Shown here piece by piece: positions 20,623 to 30,965 of a stretch of 64,000 nucleotides of DNA. Made by a program: the position numbers and the translations under genes. Under the pieces are notes generated by a model. That model had not been told where the DNA came from and searched no databases. It was given only the letters and a program-made list of their open reading frames with translations. Numbering within the stretch: the first letter of the stretch is position 1; each line of letters opens with the position of its first letter. Source of the stretch: an uncultured archaeon (GTDB lineage: Archaea > Asgardarchaeota > Thorarchaeia > Thorarchaeales > Thorarchaeaceae); the NCBI GenBank assembly GCA_964558645.1, contig CAZLEV010000001.1:125568-189567 (forward strand), given 5' to 3'.

Positions 20623-21249
20623 TCATGCCACGGGGTATAGGCTTGTATACACTACTAGAGTTATAACGATTCCAATGAAGAGCCCGAGAAGTCCCTGTTC
20701 TAGGGAGTGTTGTTTCAGAGTCATTCTTGACCAGACCACCAGAAACCAGATGGGAACGACGAGGAGCGCGACGATACCGTACATCCAGATTAGGGCAGTC
20801 CCCGGGCCTGAAACCCCTGTTGCATGGACGGAAACCTTCGTGAAATGATTGGCGAGCGTCACGCCGGATGTGACGAAAATATATGCAGCGGCCAGTATCG
20901 CCATCACTGTGCATTGTGTCAGAGAGTATACGGTGTAAGCTAACACGTAGCAGGCGATTGAGAACAAGAAATATCGTCCTCTGTGTTCCCGTCGGGATAC
21001 ATCGAGATCTACATGCCCTCTCCAAGCACTGAAGAGAATCGGACTAATAGGCAATATCACCATGGTCAGGACACATATGAACACTATCTCAATAGGCCCG
21101 AGGACTGGGCCCGTTCCTATGGGGGAAGTGAATGCAATCAAGAGTGCGACATAGAGGTTGAACACGGGCGCAGCTGTCAAGCGCGAGATCCCTCTTGCTA
21201 GATTGACCTTTCGGCCTTCCAGTTTCAAGACTTGATCTCCAAATCGCAT
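20623..21249 (-). CDS. PAP2-like membrane protein
   Basis: About six TM segments; KVSVH and WSR..LKQH motifs. Confidence 0.65.
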   Translation of the reverse strand: MRFGDQVLKLEGRKVNLARGISRLTAAPVFNLYVALLIAFTSPIGTGPVLGPIEIVFICVLTMVILPISPILFSAWRGHVDLDVSRREHRGRYFLFSIACYVLAYTVYSLTQCTVMAILAAAYIFVTSGVTLANHFTKVSVHATGVSGPGTALIWMYGIVALLVVPIWFLVVWSRMTLKQHSLEQGLLGLFIGIVITLVVYTSLYPVA

Positions 21250-21422
21250 AGCCTATTCCTCAGTCACGAAGGGCTTCAATCCTTTCTTTTTGAAGTGTTT
21301 GGTATTTGGTTTGCTCAAGCTGCTAGGTTTTTTTCATGTAGAAAGACAGGGAAAACCTTTATTCACTGAAATTACTCCTAGCAGACAACAGTTTTCGTGA
21401 ACCCTCACGGATGTGCTCCAAA

Positions 21423-21731
21423 ATGCCAGCAATGCCAAAGCGCGAGATGTTCGAACAGATAATACAGAGCATTACGAGTAAGTTTCCTGATGTATACGCT
21501 GCCCTCTTCATTAGTCCCGAAGGCTTCCCAATCAACACCTGGGGAGTATCCATGGAGCGCGCTGAAGAGATCTCGGCGCTTCTGAGTTCCCTTATTGGCA
21601 AGACAAAGGAGATTATATGCCAGGTAAGTGAAGGTGCTGCAATGCAGTTCATCCAGATTGCAACCAATATCGGGTCTATCAGGATTGCTCCTCAAGAGGA
21701 GTATATCCTTGTGACGCTGGCAAAGAACTGA
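21423..21731 (+). CDS. Roadblock/LC7-domain protein
   Basis: AALFISPEGFPI..EISALLSSL..IATNIGSIRI..ILVTL. Confidence 0.8.
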   Translation: MPAMPKREMFEQIIQSITSKFPDVYAALFISPEGFPINTWGVSMERAEEISALLSSLIGKTKEIICQVSEGAAMQFIQIATNIGSIRIAPQEEYILVTLAKN

Positions 21732-21926
21732 TACACTTCTCTGATTCGCTGATGACATGAACGAAACGATGCAGTTCGTGTTAGGTCTGCTATCATATGA
21801 CCATGACTATCTCTCACTCGGTGAAACCACTAGTGCCATTTTTATAAGATACATAATAACTCAAGACTAATAACGGACTCCATGAGAGATGGACACGTCA
21901 ACTGAAGACTGAGGGAGGTCTGAAAG

Positions 21927-22934
21927 ATTTCGCCCGACGATAATGAAGATGTAGACTATGAAGAATTCGAGGAAGAGGACTTCGACGAGGATGAAGAGGA
22001 TATCGAAGTTCAGGATCTGCCCGGAGTAGGTCCGGCAATCAGCAAGCGATTGGCTGAGGCCGGGTACAAGAGCGTCGAGGCTATAGCCGTAGCCTCTCCC
22101 AGTGAGTTAGCTGCTGCTGGTTCAATCGGTGAAACCACCGCAACGAAGATTATCAAGGCTGCTCGGGAGATGCTTGATATTGGCTTTGAAACAGCAGATC
22201 TTCTGCTAGAGCGCAGACACAACGCTGGGAGAATCACGACCGGCTCAAAAGCCATCGATGAGCTCTTTGGTGGTGGGGTGGAGACGCAAGGCATTACTGA
22301 GATGTATGGTTCGTTTCGTTCGGGTAAGACACAGATTGCCCATCAGCTGGCAATAAACGTACAGTTGCCCCCGGGTGAGGGCGGTTTGGGTGCCACTGCA
22401 ATCTATGTTGACACAGAGGGCACTTTTCGCCCTGAACGTCTAGTGGATATGGCAGAGCCCCTGGGACTCGATCCGGGGAAGGTCCTGAAGAATGTTGTTT
22501 GGGCTAGGGCATACAACTCTGATCATCAGATTCTCCTGTGCGATCAAGCCATGGAAATGGCTCCAGAGAAGAATGCCAAACTCCTAGTTGTCGATTCGGT
22601 AACCAGTCACTTCCGTGCTGAATACACTGGTCGAGGAACCCTTGCAGCTCGACAACAGAAACTCAACAAGCACCTGCACCACCTACAACGGGGTGCCGAA
22701 GTCAACAATATGGCTGTGTATATCACCAATCAGGTCATGTCGCGACCCGACGCTTTCTTTGGGGATCCGACTGCGCCTGTTGGTGGTCATGTTCTCGCGC
22801 ATGTACCCCAGACAAGGTGCTATCTCAGGAAATCAAAGGGTGAGAGGCGCATCTGCAGATTAGTAGACTCACCAAACCTTCCCGAAGGAGAAGCAGTCTT
22901 TACAATCACTAAGAATGGAATTGGGGATGTGTAA
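21927..22934 (+). CDS. radA: DNA repair and recombination protein RadA (apparent ATT start)
   Basis: DLPGVG Hh[10 protein letters not shown] Walker [24 protein letters not shown]. Confidence 0.95.
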   Translation: MSPDDNEDVDYEEFEEEDFDEDEEDIEVQDLPGVGPAISKRLAEAGYKSVEAIAVASPSELAAAGSIGETTATKIIKAAREMLDIGFETADLLLERRHNAGRITTGSKAIDELFGGGVETQGITEMYGSFRSGKTQIAHQLAINVQLPPGEGGLGATAIYVDTEGTFRPERLVDMAEPLGLDPGKVLKNVVWARAYNSDHQILLCDQAMEMAPEKNAKLLVVDSVTSHFRAEYTGRGTLAARQQKLNKHLHHLQRGAEVNNMAVYITNQVMSRPDAFFGDPTAPVGGHVLAHVPQTRCYLRKSKGERRICRLVDSPNLPEGEAVFTITKNGIGDV

Positions 22935-22972
22935 GTGGATTCGCTCCTCAGCTGGAGCGGGTCTTCTCCCTG

Positions 22973-24325
22973 CTATGAGAAGTCTGCCTGCTCAATCACA
23001 CCTAGGACTTGCTCATTCCATTTCTCAAGACCGTTTGGCCTTAGGGGATAGTTTTCGTAGAGATTCGCGATTTTCTTCATGAGGCTTGCGGCCTTCTGTA
23101 TTTTCATGAGAAGTCGGATGTTCTTGATTCCTCTTTGGAACCGTTTGAGTTTCTCCAATGGACCCATTGAGAATCCTTCTCCCCTGTTGGCGTTCATCAA
23201 GTCGTCAGCCTCAAGTAAACGCTTCTCAAAACCGAAATCCATCTCTTCATCCGAAACTTGCTGCAAAAGTCTTCTGAATATCTCTAGCGATGCCAACCGA
23301 CTTCCGAAGTCAGAAAGATATCTCGTATTGTATGTCCATAGTCCTTTTGCAGTTGGGTTTCTTCCTGCAATCGCCTCTTTGGCCACTTCTCCCAGTATGG
23401 TTCCGGCTCTCATCCCAGCTCCAATTCCGCCTCCATGAATGGGGTTGGTCTGCAGCGCCGCGTCGCCGACGAATGCTACGCCGTCACCGACAAGACTCAT
23501 CATCGGTCGTCTCACGGGGACTGCTCCACCGGAACTCTCCAATACTTCACTCCCCTCAAACAACGGATACTCCTTCTTGAATTCCAAGAAATGGGATTTC
23601 GGTGAACCCCTCCCCTTGCCTCCACAAACTCCGACACCCACATTAACTTCCTCGACGCCCTTTGGAAACATCCAGGCGTATCCTCCGGGCGCAATGTCCC
23701 CCCCAAGGAACACTCGGGCAACTTCTGGCTCTCGAAGAGGCTCACTCAGCTTCAGTATCTCCCTGTAACAGAGGGCAACATCCTCTTTGTCTATTTCTTT
23801 CTCTACATATGGATGATCAATCTTATTGCGGAGGACCGCAGCAAAGCCGCTTGCATCAATCACAAGCTTCGAATACACTCTGTGGTCTTCTCTTGTTTTC
23901 AAGTCTTGGTATGCAATTCCCACCACTTGCTCAGATCTCAGTATTGGTTCTTTTACATGGCAATCAGGATAGAAGTATACTCCGGCTAGTATCGCTTCTT
24001 GAAGCAATCTTTGGCCAAACTTCCATCTGTCAACTGTCCATCCATCGAAGTCCTTCCATCCCCGAACCCGCAGTTCGTTGGACAGACTGGGTGGATATAC
24101 ATCGGCGCCTGCTATGACTGTGGATATCTCCTCTCCGCCTGGATAGTCGATACCTGTGGCCTCAAAATGAGATTTACTTATCTCATCCCCACAGACCTTT
24201 GATCCAACTCGCTCTCGTGGCTTTCTGTCAAGCATGAGTGTTCTAAGACCCATTTCGCAACACCTGCGAGCTGTGACACAACCTGCAGAGCCTGCTCCAA
24301 CAACAACGACATCTGGATGCTTCAA
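22973..24325 (-). CDS. Geranylgeranyl reductase family flavoprotein
   Basis: VVGAGSAG, KVCG, PGGYAWMFPKG, GDAA..NPIHGGGI. Confidence 0.88.
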   Translation of the reverse strand: MKHPDVVVVGAGSAGCVTARRCCEMGLRTLMLDRKPRERVGSKVCGDEISKSHFEATGIDYPGGEEISTVIAGADVYPPSLSNELRVRGWKDFDGWTVDRWKFGQRLLQEAILAGVYFYPDCHVKEPILRSEQVVGIAYQDLKTREDHRVYSKLVIDASGFAAVLRNKIDHPYVEKEIDKEDVALCYREILKLSEPLREPEVARVFLGGDIAPGGYAWMFPKGVEEVNVGVGVCGGKGRGSPKSHFLEFKKEYPLFEGSEVLESSGGAVPVRRPMMSLVGDGVAFVGDAALQTNPIHGGGIGAGMRAGTILGEVAKEAIAGRNPTAKGLWTYNTRYLSDFGSRLASLEIFRRLLQQVSDEEMDFGFEKRLLEADDLMNANRGEGFSMGPLEKLKRFQRGIKNIRLLMKIQKAASLMKKIANLYENYPLRPNGLEKWNEQVLGVIEQADFS

Positions 24326-24498
24326 TTTTGGTCACGAGTGCAATAGTTGCCGTAGATATAAATCCGACTTCTAAGATGGCCTCCTTGTCTCCTATGTTGG
24401 TTCGGTTATGTCCCTGTGGGTAAGCGATAGCTGGGGGTTAACCTGAGTCCTGCACAAGTGTTATCAAGGCTTTTGGGTCCAGGCCGAGTTGGTTGAGT

Positions 24499-25800
24499 AT
24501 GCCTAGTCTGGTTATCCTCGGTCTGCAATGGGGCGATGAAGGAAAGGGGAAGATTGTGGATTATTTGTCCGGCGAATTTGACATCATCGTTAGATTCCAA
24601 GGGGGGAATAATGCAGGACATACTGTCAAGATTCGGGATAGCACATACCGCCTCAGGTTAATTCCAACCGGTGCTATCCGGGGAAAGAGAGTCGTCATAG
24701 GAAATGGGGTGGTCGTGGATCCGCGCACATTGTTAGATGAAATCTCTGATCTCAGGAAAGCAGGTATCACTGTTGATCTCCTATTGAGTAATAGAGCGCA
24801 CATAACCACTCCTTATCATGTCAAGATTGATGAGCTTCAGGAGCTCGAGAAGGGAGAAACCCAGATTGGTACAACGAAGAGAGGCATCGGTCCAACATAT
24901 TCGAACAAGATAGACAGAATCGGTCTGAGAGTTGCCGACTTCTTGATAGAGCCATCGGAGTCAGTTGATGGATTTCGAGAATCGATATCTGCGAAAGTCG
25001 CTGCTCTATTCGGCATCGAAGTGACAGACGAGCTCAAGAATGAATATGAGCTGTGCTGTACACTTGTGCGATCTCTTGAGCCGCATATTGGCGATACAGG
25101 GGAGTATCTGAGAGCGGCGATACAGAGAGGTGAACGCGTGCTTTTCGAAGGCGCTCAGGGAACTATGCTCGACATAGATCACGGAACCTATCCATTTGTG
25201 ACATCTTCCAACTGCAGTATAGGGGGTGTTCCAACTGGAACTGGCGTTCCCCTATCTCAAGTTGGTTCGGTTCTTGGGGTCGCGAAGGCATATGTTACAA
25301 GAGTAGGGACCGGACCGTTTCCCACCGAACTGCACGACAGTGTTGGTAAGGCTATTCAAGCACGAGGGAAGGAATTCGGTACAGTCACAGGCAGACCAAG
25401 GCGGTGTGGCTGGCTTGACTTAGTAGCTCTAAGATATGCAGTAGCGCTGAATGATGCACGCCATCTTGCAATCACCAAGATAGACGTGCTTTCTGGCTTA
25501 TCAAAACTGAAAGTCTGCACAGGCTACGAATTGAGTGGTTCAGAGATTTCGTCCATCCCTGCACATGCAGACCAGTACGAATCAGTAGAACCCATCTATG
25601 AAGAAGTGAAGGGGTGGGCTGCTCCTGAGGAGGGGCACTGGACTCGGGTCTTGGAAGGTGGGCCTGATTCTTTGCCGGCCAATCTCCTCGAGTATGTGGA
25701 ACTGATCGAGAGATTCACCAAGTCAGAAGTGAAACTGCTTTCATTCGGGCCGAAGCGAGAAGAAACCTTGGTCCTAGATGAGAAATGGTTTCAAGACTAG
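24499..25800 (+). CDS. purA: Adenylosuccinate synthetase
   Basis: QWGDEGKGK, GGNNAGHT, EGAQGTMLDIDHGTYPFVTSS, TGRPRRCGWLD. Confidence 0.97.
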   Translation: MPSLVILGLQWGDEGKGKIVDYLSGEFDIIVRFQGGNNAGHTVKIRDSTYRLRLIPTGAIRGKRVVIGNGVVVDPRTLLDEISDLRKAGITVDLLLSNRAHITTPYHVKIDELQELEKGETQIGTTKRGIGPTYSNKIDRIGLRVADFLIEPSESVDGFRESISAKVAALFGIEVTDELKNEYELCCTLVRSLEPHIGDTGEYLRAAIQRGERVLFEGAQGTMLDIDHGTYPFVTSSNCSIGGVPTGTGVPLSQVGSVLGVAKAYVTRVGTGPFPTELHDSVGKAIQARGKEFGTVTGRPRRCGWLDLVALRYAVALNDARHLAITKIDVLSGLSKLKVCTGYELSGSEISSIPAHADQYESVEPIYEEVKGWAAPEEGHWTRVLEGGPDSLPANLLEYVELIERFTKSEVKLLSFGPKREETLVLDEKWFQD

Positions 25801-26342
25801 ATGTGTTTGAACTCGATTATCACTATTGACAAGATGACCATTAGTACTATCAGAAGCAGGATTGGAGGCGTCCAGTTCAGAAAGAGCTCGAAGTATCCAA
25901 CGATTGTTGATGGGTCAAGCGCGATAACAACGAGGTGGGCATAGATCAGAAGGAACCCATAGACTGCGAATATGGGATAGAATACTGGTCCGCCACTAAT
26001 GACTAGAAGCAGAACGAGTAGTGCAAGACGACTTTTGGTTGGATCAAGAAGTGAGACCGGTATTATTTCATCATCATCGAACTGGAAGTAGTAGCTCGGA
26101 AGAAACGTTGGTTTCCTAACCCGTAGTAGTTCGAGTATCTGCACTCCCAGTTGCACTGATAGGAGTGCGAAGGTATGCACAAGCATATAGCCCAAGATTA
26201 GGGCATTGAGTATCGGCAAGTCCTCTTGAAAGATTTGGAAGCTATCAACAACACCAACAAGAACACAGAAATTGATGACAAAAAGGGCCATATGCCCGAA
26301 CGCACCTCTTATTATCTGGGCCCTTTCTGGCATTTGAATCAA
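25797..26342 (-). CDS. Hypothetical membrane protein (about 4-5 TM)
   Basis: Hydrophobic ORF directly downstream of the Rab-like GTPase. Confidence 0.6.
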   Translation of the reverse strand: MIQMPERAQIIRGAFGHMALFVINFCVLVGVVDSFQIFQEDLPILNALILGYMLVHTFALLSVQLGVQILELLRVRKPTFLPSYYFQFDDDEIIPVSLLDPTKSRLALLVLLLVISGGPVFYPIFAVYGFLLIYAHLVVIALDPSTIVGYFELFLNWTPPILLLIVLMVILSIVIIEFKHI

Positions 26343-26359
26343 TCCGCTTGTCCTTCGAG

Positions 26360-26962
26360 CTAGGTCATCTTGGATGGTTTTCCGGGAGTTACTGGTCCGG
26401 TTTGCTTCTTCCCGGATTGACGTGCCTGTTTCTGCTTTTCAATTGCCCTTTGCACAAGGTCTGTGAACAAGTCGTTAACATTCTCACCAGTCTTGGCTGA
26501 TGTTTCATAGTGCATAACATCCAGCCATTTCTTGACCATCTCTCCTGCCTCAGGTGGCACAAGTCTATCCGGACGGTCTATCTTGTTTGCGACAACCGTT
26601 ACAACGGCATTAGGGCAAACTGCAACAAACTTGGTGAACCACTCACCTATGTCCAAGAAGGTCTGAGGACGCGTCACGTCGTATACGATTATCGCCATCG
26701 AGGCGCCAGCCATGTATCGTCTTCTGAGCTCATTGTAGGTGGGCTGGCCAGCGAGGTCCCAGAGTACCACACGAGCTGTGACATCACTACCATCGGGCAT
26801 TTCCAGACTCACTGTTTTTAGCGCGAAGGTCGTGCCGATGGTCATGATGTAGCGTTCGCTGAAGCTGTCCTCAGTGTATCGCTTGATGCAGCTTGTCTTG
26901 CCGACGGCCCCATCTCCCAGGGCAACAAGCTTGAACATGTGCGATATCTCTTTTGTGGACAT
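26360..26962 (-). CDS. Rab-like small GTPase
   Basis: GDGAVGKTS, TIG, WDLAGQ, NKID, ETSAK. Confidence 0.92.
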   Translation of the reverse strand: MSTKEISHMFKLVALGDGAVGKTSCIKRYTEDSFSERYIMTIGTTFALKTVSLEMPDGSDVTARVVLWDLAGQPTYNELRRRYMAGASMAIIVYDVTRPQTFLDIGEWFTKFVAVCPNAVVTVVANKIDRPDRLVPPEAGEMVKKWLDVMHYETSAKTGENVNDLFTDLVQRAIEKQKQARQSGKKQTGPVTPGKPSKMT

Positions 26963-27392
26963 CTTGATAACGACCTCTGGTACACTGCCTCGAAAGAAAC
27001 CATATGTCCATTTAATGATTCTGGGAATGTCCTCCCAGCAATATTTCACGGTGAATGTCGCATGTATTCACCAGCACACCTCTCTAGGGAATTCCTCCAT
27101 AAGGGTTCGGCTCGGGTGTCACCTTCTTCAAACACGCAATAGACACCGTTCATTGTGTGTTGGATAAACTTGAGCACCACAGAATTGCCCCCAGATAACG
27201 GCATTGGTGGTTTCTGTCGTGGTCAGCGATACTTTGTGAGCGACCAGCTCTCAGTCATGGGCCGGATGATACAGACTCCTGCGCTGAAATGTCCAACTTT
27301 GTCCACGTTTTCCGTAACTGTTGGTATATCCTCAAAGCTTTTTTCTACTAAGTGTGCATGTCTGACATGACGATCATAGCAGGTGAAGTCCT

Positions 27393-28136
27393 ATGGCAGA
27401 GCAGTTTCTAAACAAGCTAAATGAGATTGAGAAGAGCATAGATTCTCTTGGTGATACCCTGAAACGCATGATTACGATACTCTCCACACTCAATGAGATC
27501 AAGTCGGAGGTGCGGGTTTCGAAGGAGGAAATCATCAATCGGATGCAGCAGATTTCTTCTCAGTCTACGGATACCACCACCGAAGAGGCAACTCAGAAGT
27601 TGACTGCTGAAGTTCAGTCTGTGAAAGAGGAGCTGATTTCTGTTGTCTCTGGTATGGGGGCTTCACAGTCGGGCGTATCGCGGGAAGAAGTAAACGAGAT
27701 AGTCAAGTCAGAGATCGATGAGTTAGGCAAGTTCATCATCGAAGGCATCGAAGACATGAAAGAAGACTTGATTGTGGCACTGAAGTCAGCTCCTGCGGCG
27801 GTTGCAGCACCACGCGTAGAATCTCAGGGAGAAACAGCTCCCGTGGCCTCTGACGCGAGTCTTGCTCCTGATCGTGCAATGAAGATTGCTGATCAGCTCC
27901 AGGTGATCTTGGATTCACTGAAAATGGGGTGTGTCGCGGGGGACGTTCTGGAAACCATGAATGAGGCCAAGTCCAGCATCATGAATATCGTGCCGAGCGA
28001 CCCAATCATGGTTAAGATTGACAAGTGGGCCGGCGTCGTAAAAACATATTCAAAGAGACACGAGCTGCAGGCACGTGACATTCTGAAACTGAAAAAGGAC
28101 CTACGTGAAGAGATCTCGAAGTATAGACCCGCCTAG
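27393..28136 (+). CDS. Coiled-coil protein with Vps28-CTD-like C-terminal domain
   Basis: Heptad-rich N-terminus, Ala/Pro linker, C-terminal D-LK..A-D-L..K..W..L..DL pattern. Confidence 0.55.
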   Translation: MAEQFLNKLNEIEKSIDSLGDTLKRMITILSTLNEIKSEVRVSKEEIINRMQQISSQSTDTTTEEATQKLTAEVQSVKEELISVVSGMGASQSGVSREEVNEIVKSEIDELGKFIIEGIEDMKEDLIVALKSAPAAVAAPRVESQGETAPVASDASLAPDRAMKIADQLQVILDSLKMGCVAGDVLETMNEAKSSIMNIVPSDPIMVKIDKWAGVVKTYSKRHELQARDILKLKKDLREEISKYRPA

Positions 28137-28537
28137 TCTTCGGAAGCTCCACCCGCAATCATCTTCATAGTTGCAAGTACACGAATCAGGTCTGTTGCAG
28201 TGACTATTCCTATCGTCTGATCACCGTCTACAACAGGAAGGTGTTTCTTCCCTGTTCTATCCATCAGGGCGATGGCCTGCCAGAGGTCTGCCTCAGGAGA
28301 TATGCTGACCACCTGAGTCGTCATGATATCGCCCAGTCTGAGCCCCTTGTAGGCTTCCGGAGATAGTAGCTGTGAAGATATGAGATCTCTTTGAGTCACA
28401 ATGCCAACCATCGTATCTCCCTTGGTGATAACAAGACTACCGATGTCTTCAGCTGCCAAGAGCTTGGCGGCATCCGAAACTTGCATCGATATATCTGAAG
28501 TCACCAGAACAGACGTCATGAATTCTCTCACTTGCAT
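28133..28537 (-). CDS. CBS-domain pair protein
   Basis: VREFMT..IGSLVI..GIVTQRD; DIMT..HLPVVD..GIVTATD. Confidence 0.9.
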   Translation of the reverse strand: MQVREFMTSVLVTSDISMQVSDAAKLLAAEDIGSLVITKGDTMVGIVTQRDLISSQLLSPEAYKGLRLGDIMTTQVVSISPEADLWQAIALMDRTGKKHLPVVDGDQTIGIVTATDLIRVLATMKMIAGGASED

Positions 28538-28571
28538 CGTCTATATGCTCCCGTCCGTAAAACTACCGTAA

Positions 28572-29177
28572 CTACATTTCAGTATCACGTTGCTCTTCTA
28601 ACTTCTTCTCCAGAATCAAAGTCGCTATCTCTCGAAATACATCTGCTACGGCCGTTCCAGTCTTCGCTGAGGTCTCGTAATAGGGTGCTTGGAACCAGTT
28701 TCTCAGCATGTGTCCTGGTTCAATTGGAACCATCCTCTCTTCTTCAAGATCTGTCTTATTGGCGGCCAATACCACTTCTGCGTCTGGACAAGTTTCTCTG
28801 AATGACTCAAACCAATTGTTCATTGCCATGAATGTTTCGGGCCTGGTAACATCATAGACAACAACCGCGCCTGCAGCTCCCTTCATGAACTGTCTTCGGA
28901 GTTCCCTGTATGTTTCCTGCCCTGCCATATCCCAGATTACAAGACGCACATTTCTGGTTTCTTCATCTTCTGATGTAACAGATACATCCTTGCTGGCAAA
29001 GGTTGTGCCGATGGTCTGTTTATACTCCTCATCGAAGACATTCTCAGTGAACCGCCTCAAGACCGATGTCTTGCCAACTCTTGCATCACCAAGAAGCACA
29101 ACCCGGAACTTGAATCCATCAAAACCTCCGTCCTCGGTGGGGCTTTTGCTGGTAGAGCTGGAATTCCCTGATGTCAT
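28572..29177 (-). CDS. Rab-like small GTPase
   Basis: GDARVGKTS, YKQTIG, WDMAGQE, NKTD, ETSAK. Confidence 0.92.
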   Translation of the reverse strand: MTSGNSSSTSKSPTEDGGFDGFKFRVVLLGDARVGKTSVLRRFTENVFDEEYKQTIGTTFASKDVSVTSEDEETRNVRLVIWDMAGQETYRELRRQFMKGAAGAVVVYDVTRPETFMAMNNWFESFRETCPDAEVVLAANKTDLEEERMVPIEPGHMLRNWFQAPYYETSAKTGTAVADVFREIATLILEKKLEEQRDTEM

Positions 29178-29297
29178 CCGTTTGCACCTCTGCTGGTTGG
29201 CTCGTTATCTCCGCTTACCCATATTCGAAAAGGATGTCTATCTTATATGTTTTCTTCGCAGTTTCTACCGGCACACGTAGGGCTCACCAATCGTGGT

Positions 29298-30959
29298 TTA
29301 CCATGCTCCATTCTCAGGTAGATGCATCTCGAAGGCCACCACCGGGTTTCCTATCTCGAAATTCGTTAGAACTGTGGGATCTATTTCTCCCGCAATGCCC
29401 ACATCTTCTTCGTCTATCAGTATTCTGGCTGAACGTCCTGTGATGAAAGACGAATCTCTACATGGTGTGAACCTGAAGCGTCCTTCAAGTCCCATTCCCC
29501 TCAGAACAAATGCCAACTCGCGAAGCAATTCGGTCACGTCAACTCTGTTGTTCGTAGTCATTGCACAGAGCGCAGTGAGTTGGCGTGTTCTAGTCTCTGT
29601 GTGTTGGTCGGGCAGGACAATGTCCCCCACCTCAAAAACCTTCTGAGGATAGTCTGCGTGTTGGTTTCTTGCAGCAAAATCAAGAATGACAGGGAGTAGT
29701 GAGTTTCTAAGAACCGAGAAGTCTCTACTCTTCGGATTTGCTGTACTTACATACGGTGTATACCTTTCCATCTTCAGATTGAGGACTTCTGGTGATGTCA
29801 TAACATAGCTCATGACTTCTTGGTAACCCACGCCTACCATTAGATCTCGGCCTTTGTTCTTCAACCGAGTCATCGTACGCAACGCTCCAATGGTCATGGT
29901 CTCCGGCAGTGTTGGCCTTATGTTATCAAAGCCGTATCCTATGGCAACATCTTCGATGATGTCAACAGGATGTAGAACGTCTACTCTAAACGCAGGAACC
30001 TTGACTTTAGCAGTTCCCTTATTCACCTTTGCACCGTAGCACATCCTTCTCAGACTCTCTCTGATCTCCTTATATGTCAGTTCAAGTCCTAGTAGCTGTC
30101 TGATCTGCTCCACATCAACCTCCATGTCCCTCGGGTCGAGGACTGGTGTGTGCGTAGTATTTCCATCAGGATATGCTACCTCGACAGATTCTATCCTCCC
30201 CCCACGTTCGGCCAGAGAAGTAGTCATGATATTGAGACACTGCTCTACCGTAGGTAGGTGCGTTCCTGTCACCTCGACAAAGATGTTTTTTGTGTCCTCG
30301 GAGATTTTTCCAAGGTCATTGCTGTTGATAATCGGGGGGAGACTCAGAATCTTACCTGCATTATCCGCTAACAGTGGCCACCTATCGAAGTCAGAGATGA
30401 TATGTCCAAATTCGATTCCCTTCTCATGCTTCTTCAGTATTGTTGGGCCGTCCATCGGTTCGTCGTGACCTAGTGGAATAAACTTGATTTTTTCAGAGTC
30501 CTCTGTACCATAATACACAGGGAAGTCAAGCTCGTCGTGTACGTAGAGTCCAATACTGGCCTTGCATCGATTCCGACCATGAGTTGATGTCAGCAGCTCC
30601 TGAAGACGCATATACTCTTTGATGAGCTGGTCACTTGTTTCTACATCTTTCACTATGCCACAGGCAATGTACTTCCTGATCTTCTCTAGTCCTCTCTCGA
30701 CGACTATCTTTTTTCCGGAGCCCTTGACCGGGAACTTGGGTAGACCTGGGCTGATGTCAAGGAATGCCCGCAATGCTCGTGCAATTCCCTCCGTGGAAAG
30801 CATGTCCTGTCTATCGGGGTTCACCTCAATGTCTATCGTTCCGTCGCCGAAACCTTCCACTTCGGATTTGAGGAGAAACAGCTTTTCTTCGAGCTGCTCT
30901 TCTGTAATCTTTCGGCCGATGAGCTTCAGGAGACTCTCAAGGATACATGTTACAATCAT
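29298..30959 (-). CDS. pheT: Phenylalanyl-tRNA synthetase beta subunit
   Basis: EVNPDRQDMLS.EG.AR, LSLPPIINS, RVDVLHPVDIIEDVAIGYG. Confidence 0.95.
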   Translation of the reverse strand: MIVTCILESLLKLIGRKITEEQLEEKLFLLKSEVEGFGDGTIDIEVNPDRQDMLSTEGIARALRAFLDISPGLPKFPVKGSGKKIVVERGLEKIRKYIACGIVKDVETSDQLIKEYMRLQELLTSTHGRNRCKASIGLYVHDELDFPVYYGTEDSEKIKFIPLGHDEPMDGPTILKKHEKGIEFGHIISDFDRWPLLADNAGKILSLPPIINSNDLGKISEDTKNIFVEVTGTHLPTVEQCLNIMTTSLAERGGRIESVEVAYPDGNTTHTPVLDPRDMEVDVEQIRQLLGLELTYKEIRESLRRMCYGAKVNKGTAKVKVPAFRVDVLHPVDIIEDVAIGYGFDNIRPTLPETMTIGALRTMTRLKNKGRDLMVGVGYQEVMSYVMTSPEVLNLKMERYTPYVSTANPKSRDFSVLRNSLLPVILDFAARNQHADYPQKVFEVGDIVLPDQHTETRTRQLTALCAMTTNNRVDVTELLRELAFVLRGMGLEGRFRFTPCRDSSFITGRSARILIDEEDVGIAGEIDPTVLTNFEIGNPVVAFEMHLPENGAW

Positions 30960-30965
30960 CTAGAT

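Noticed and set aside
26963-27392. Long intergenic region as ncRNA or small gene
   Set aside because: No convincing helices or ORF seen; consistent with divergent promoters
26360-29177. Prenylated Rabs processed by the CPBP protease
   Set aside because: Neither GTPase ends in CC, CXC or CAAX, and the CPBP gene is about 20 kb away
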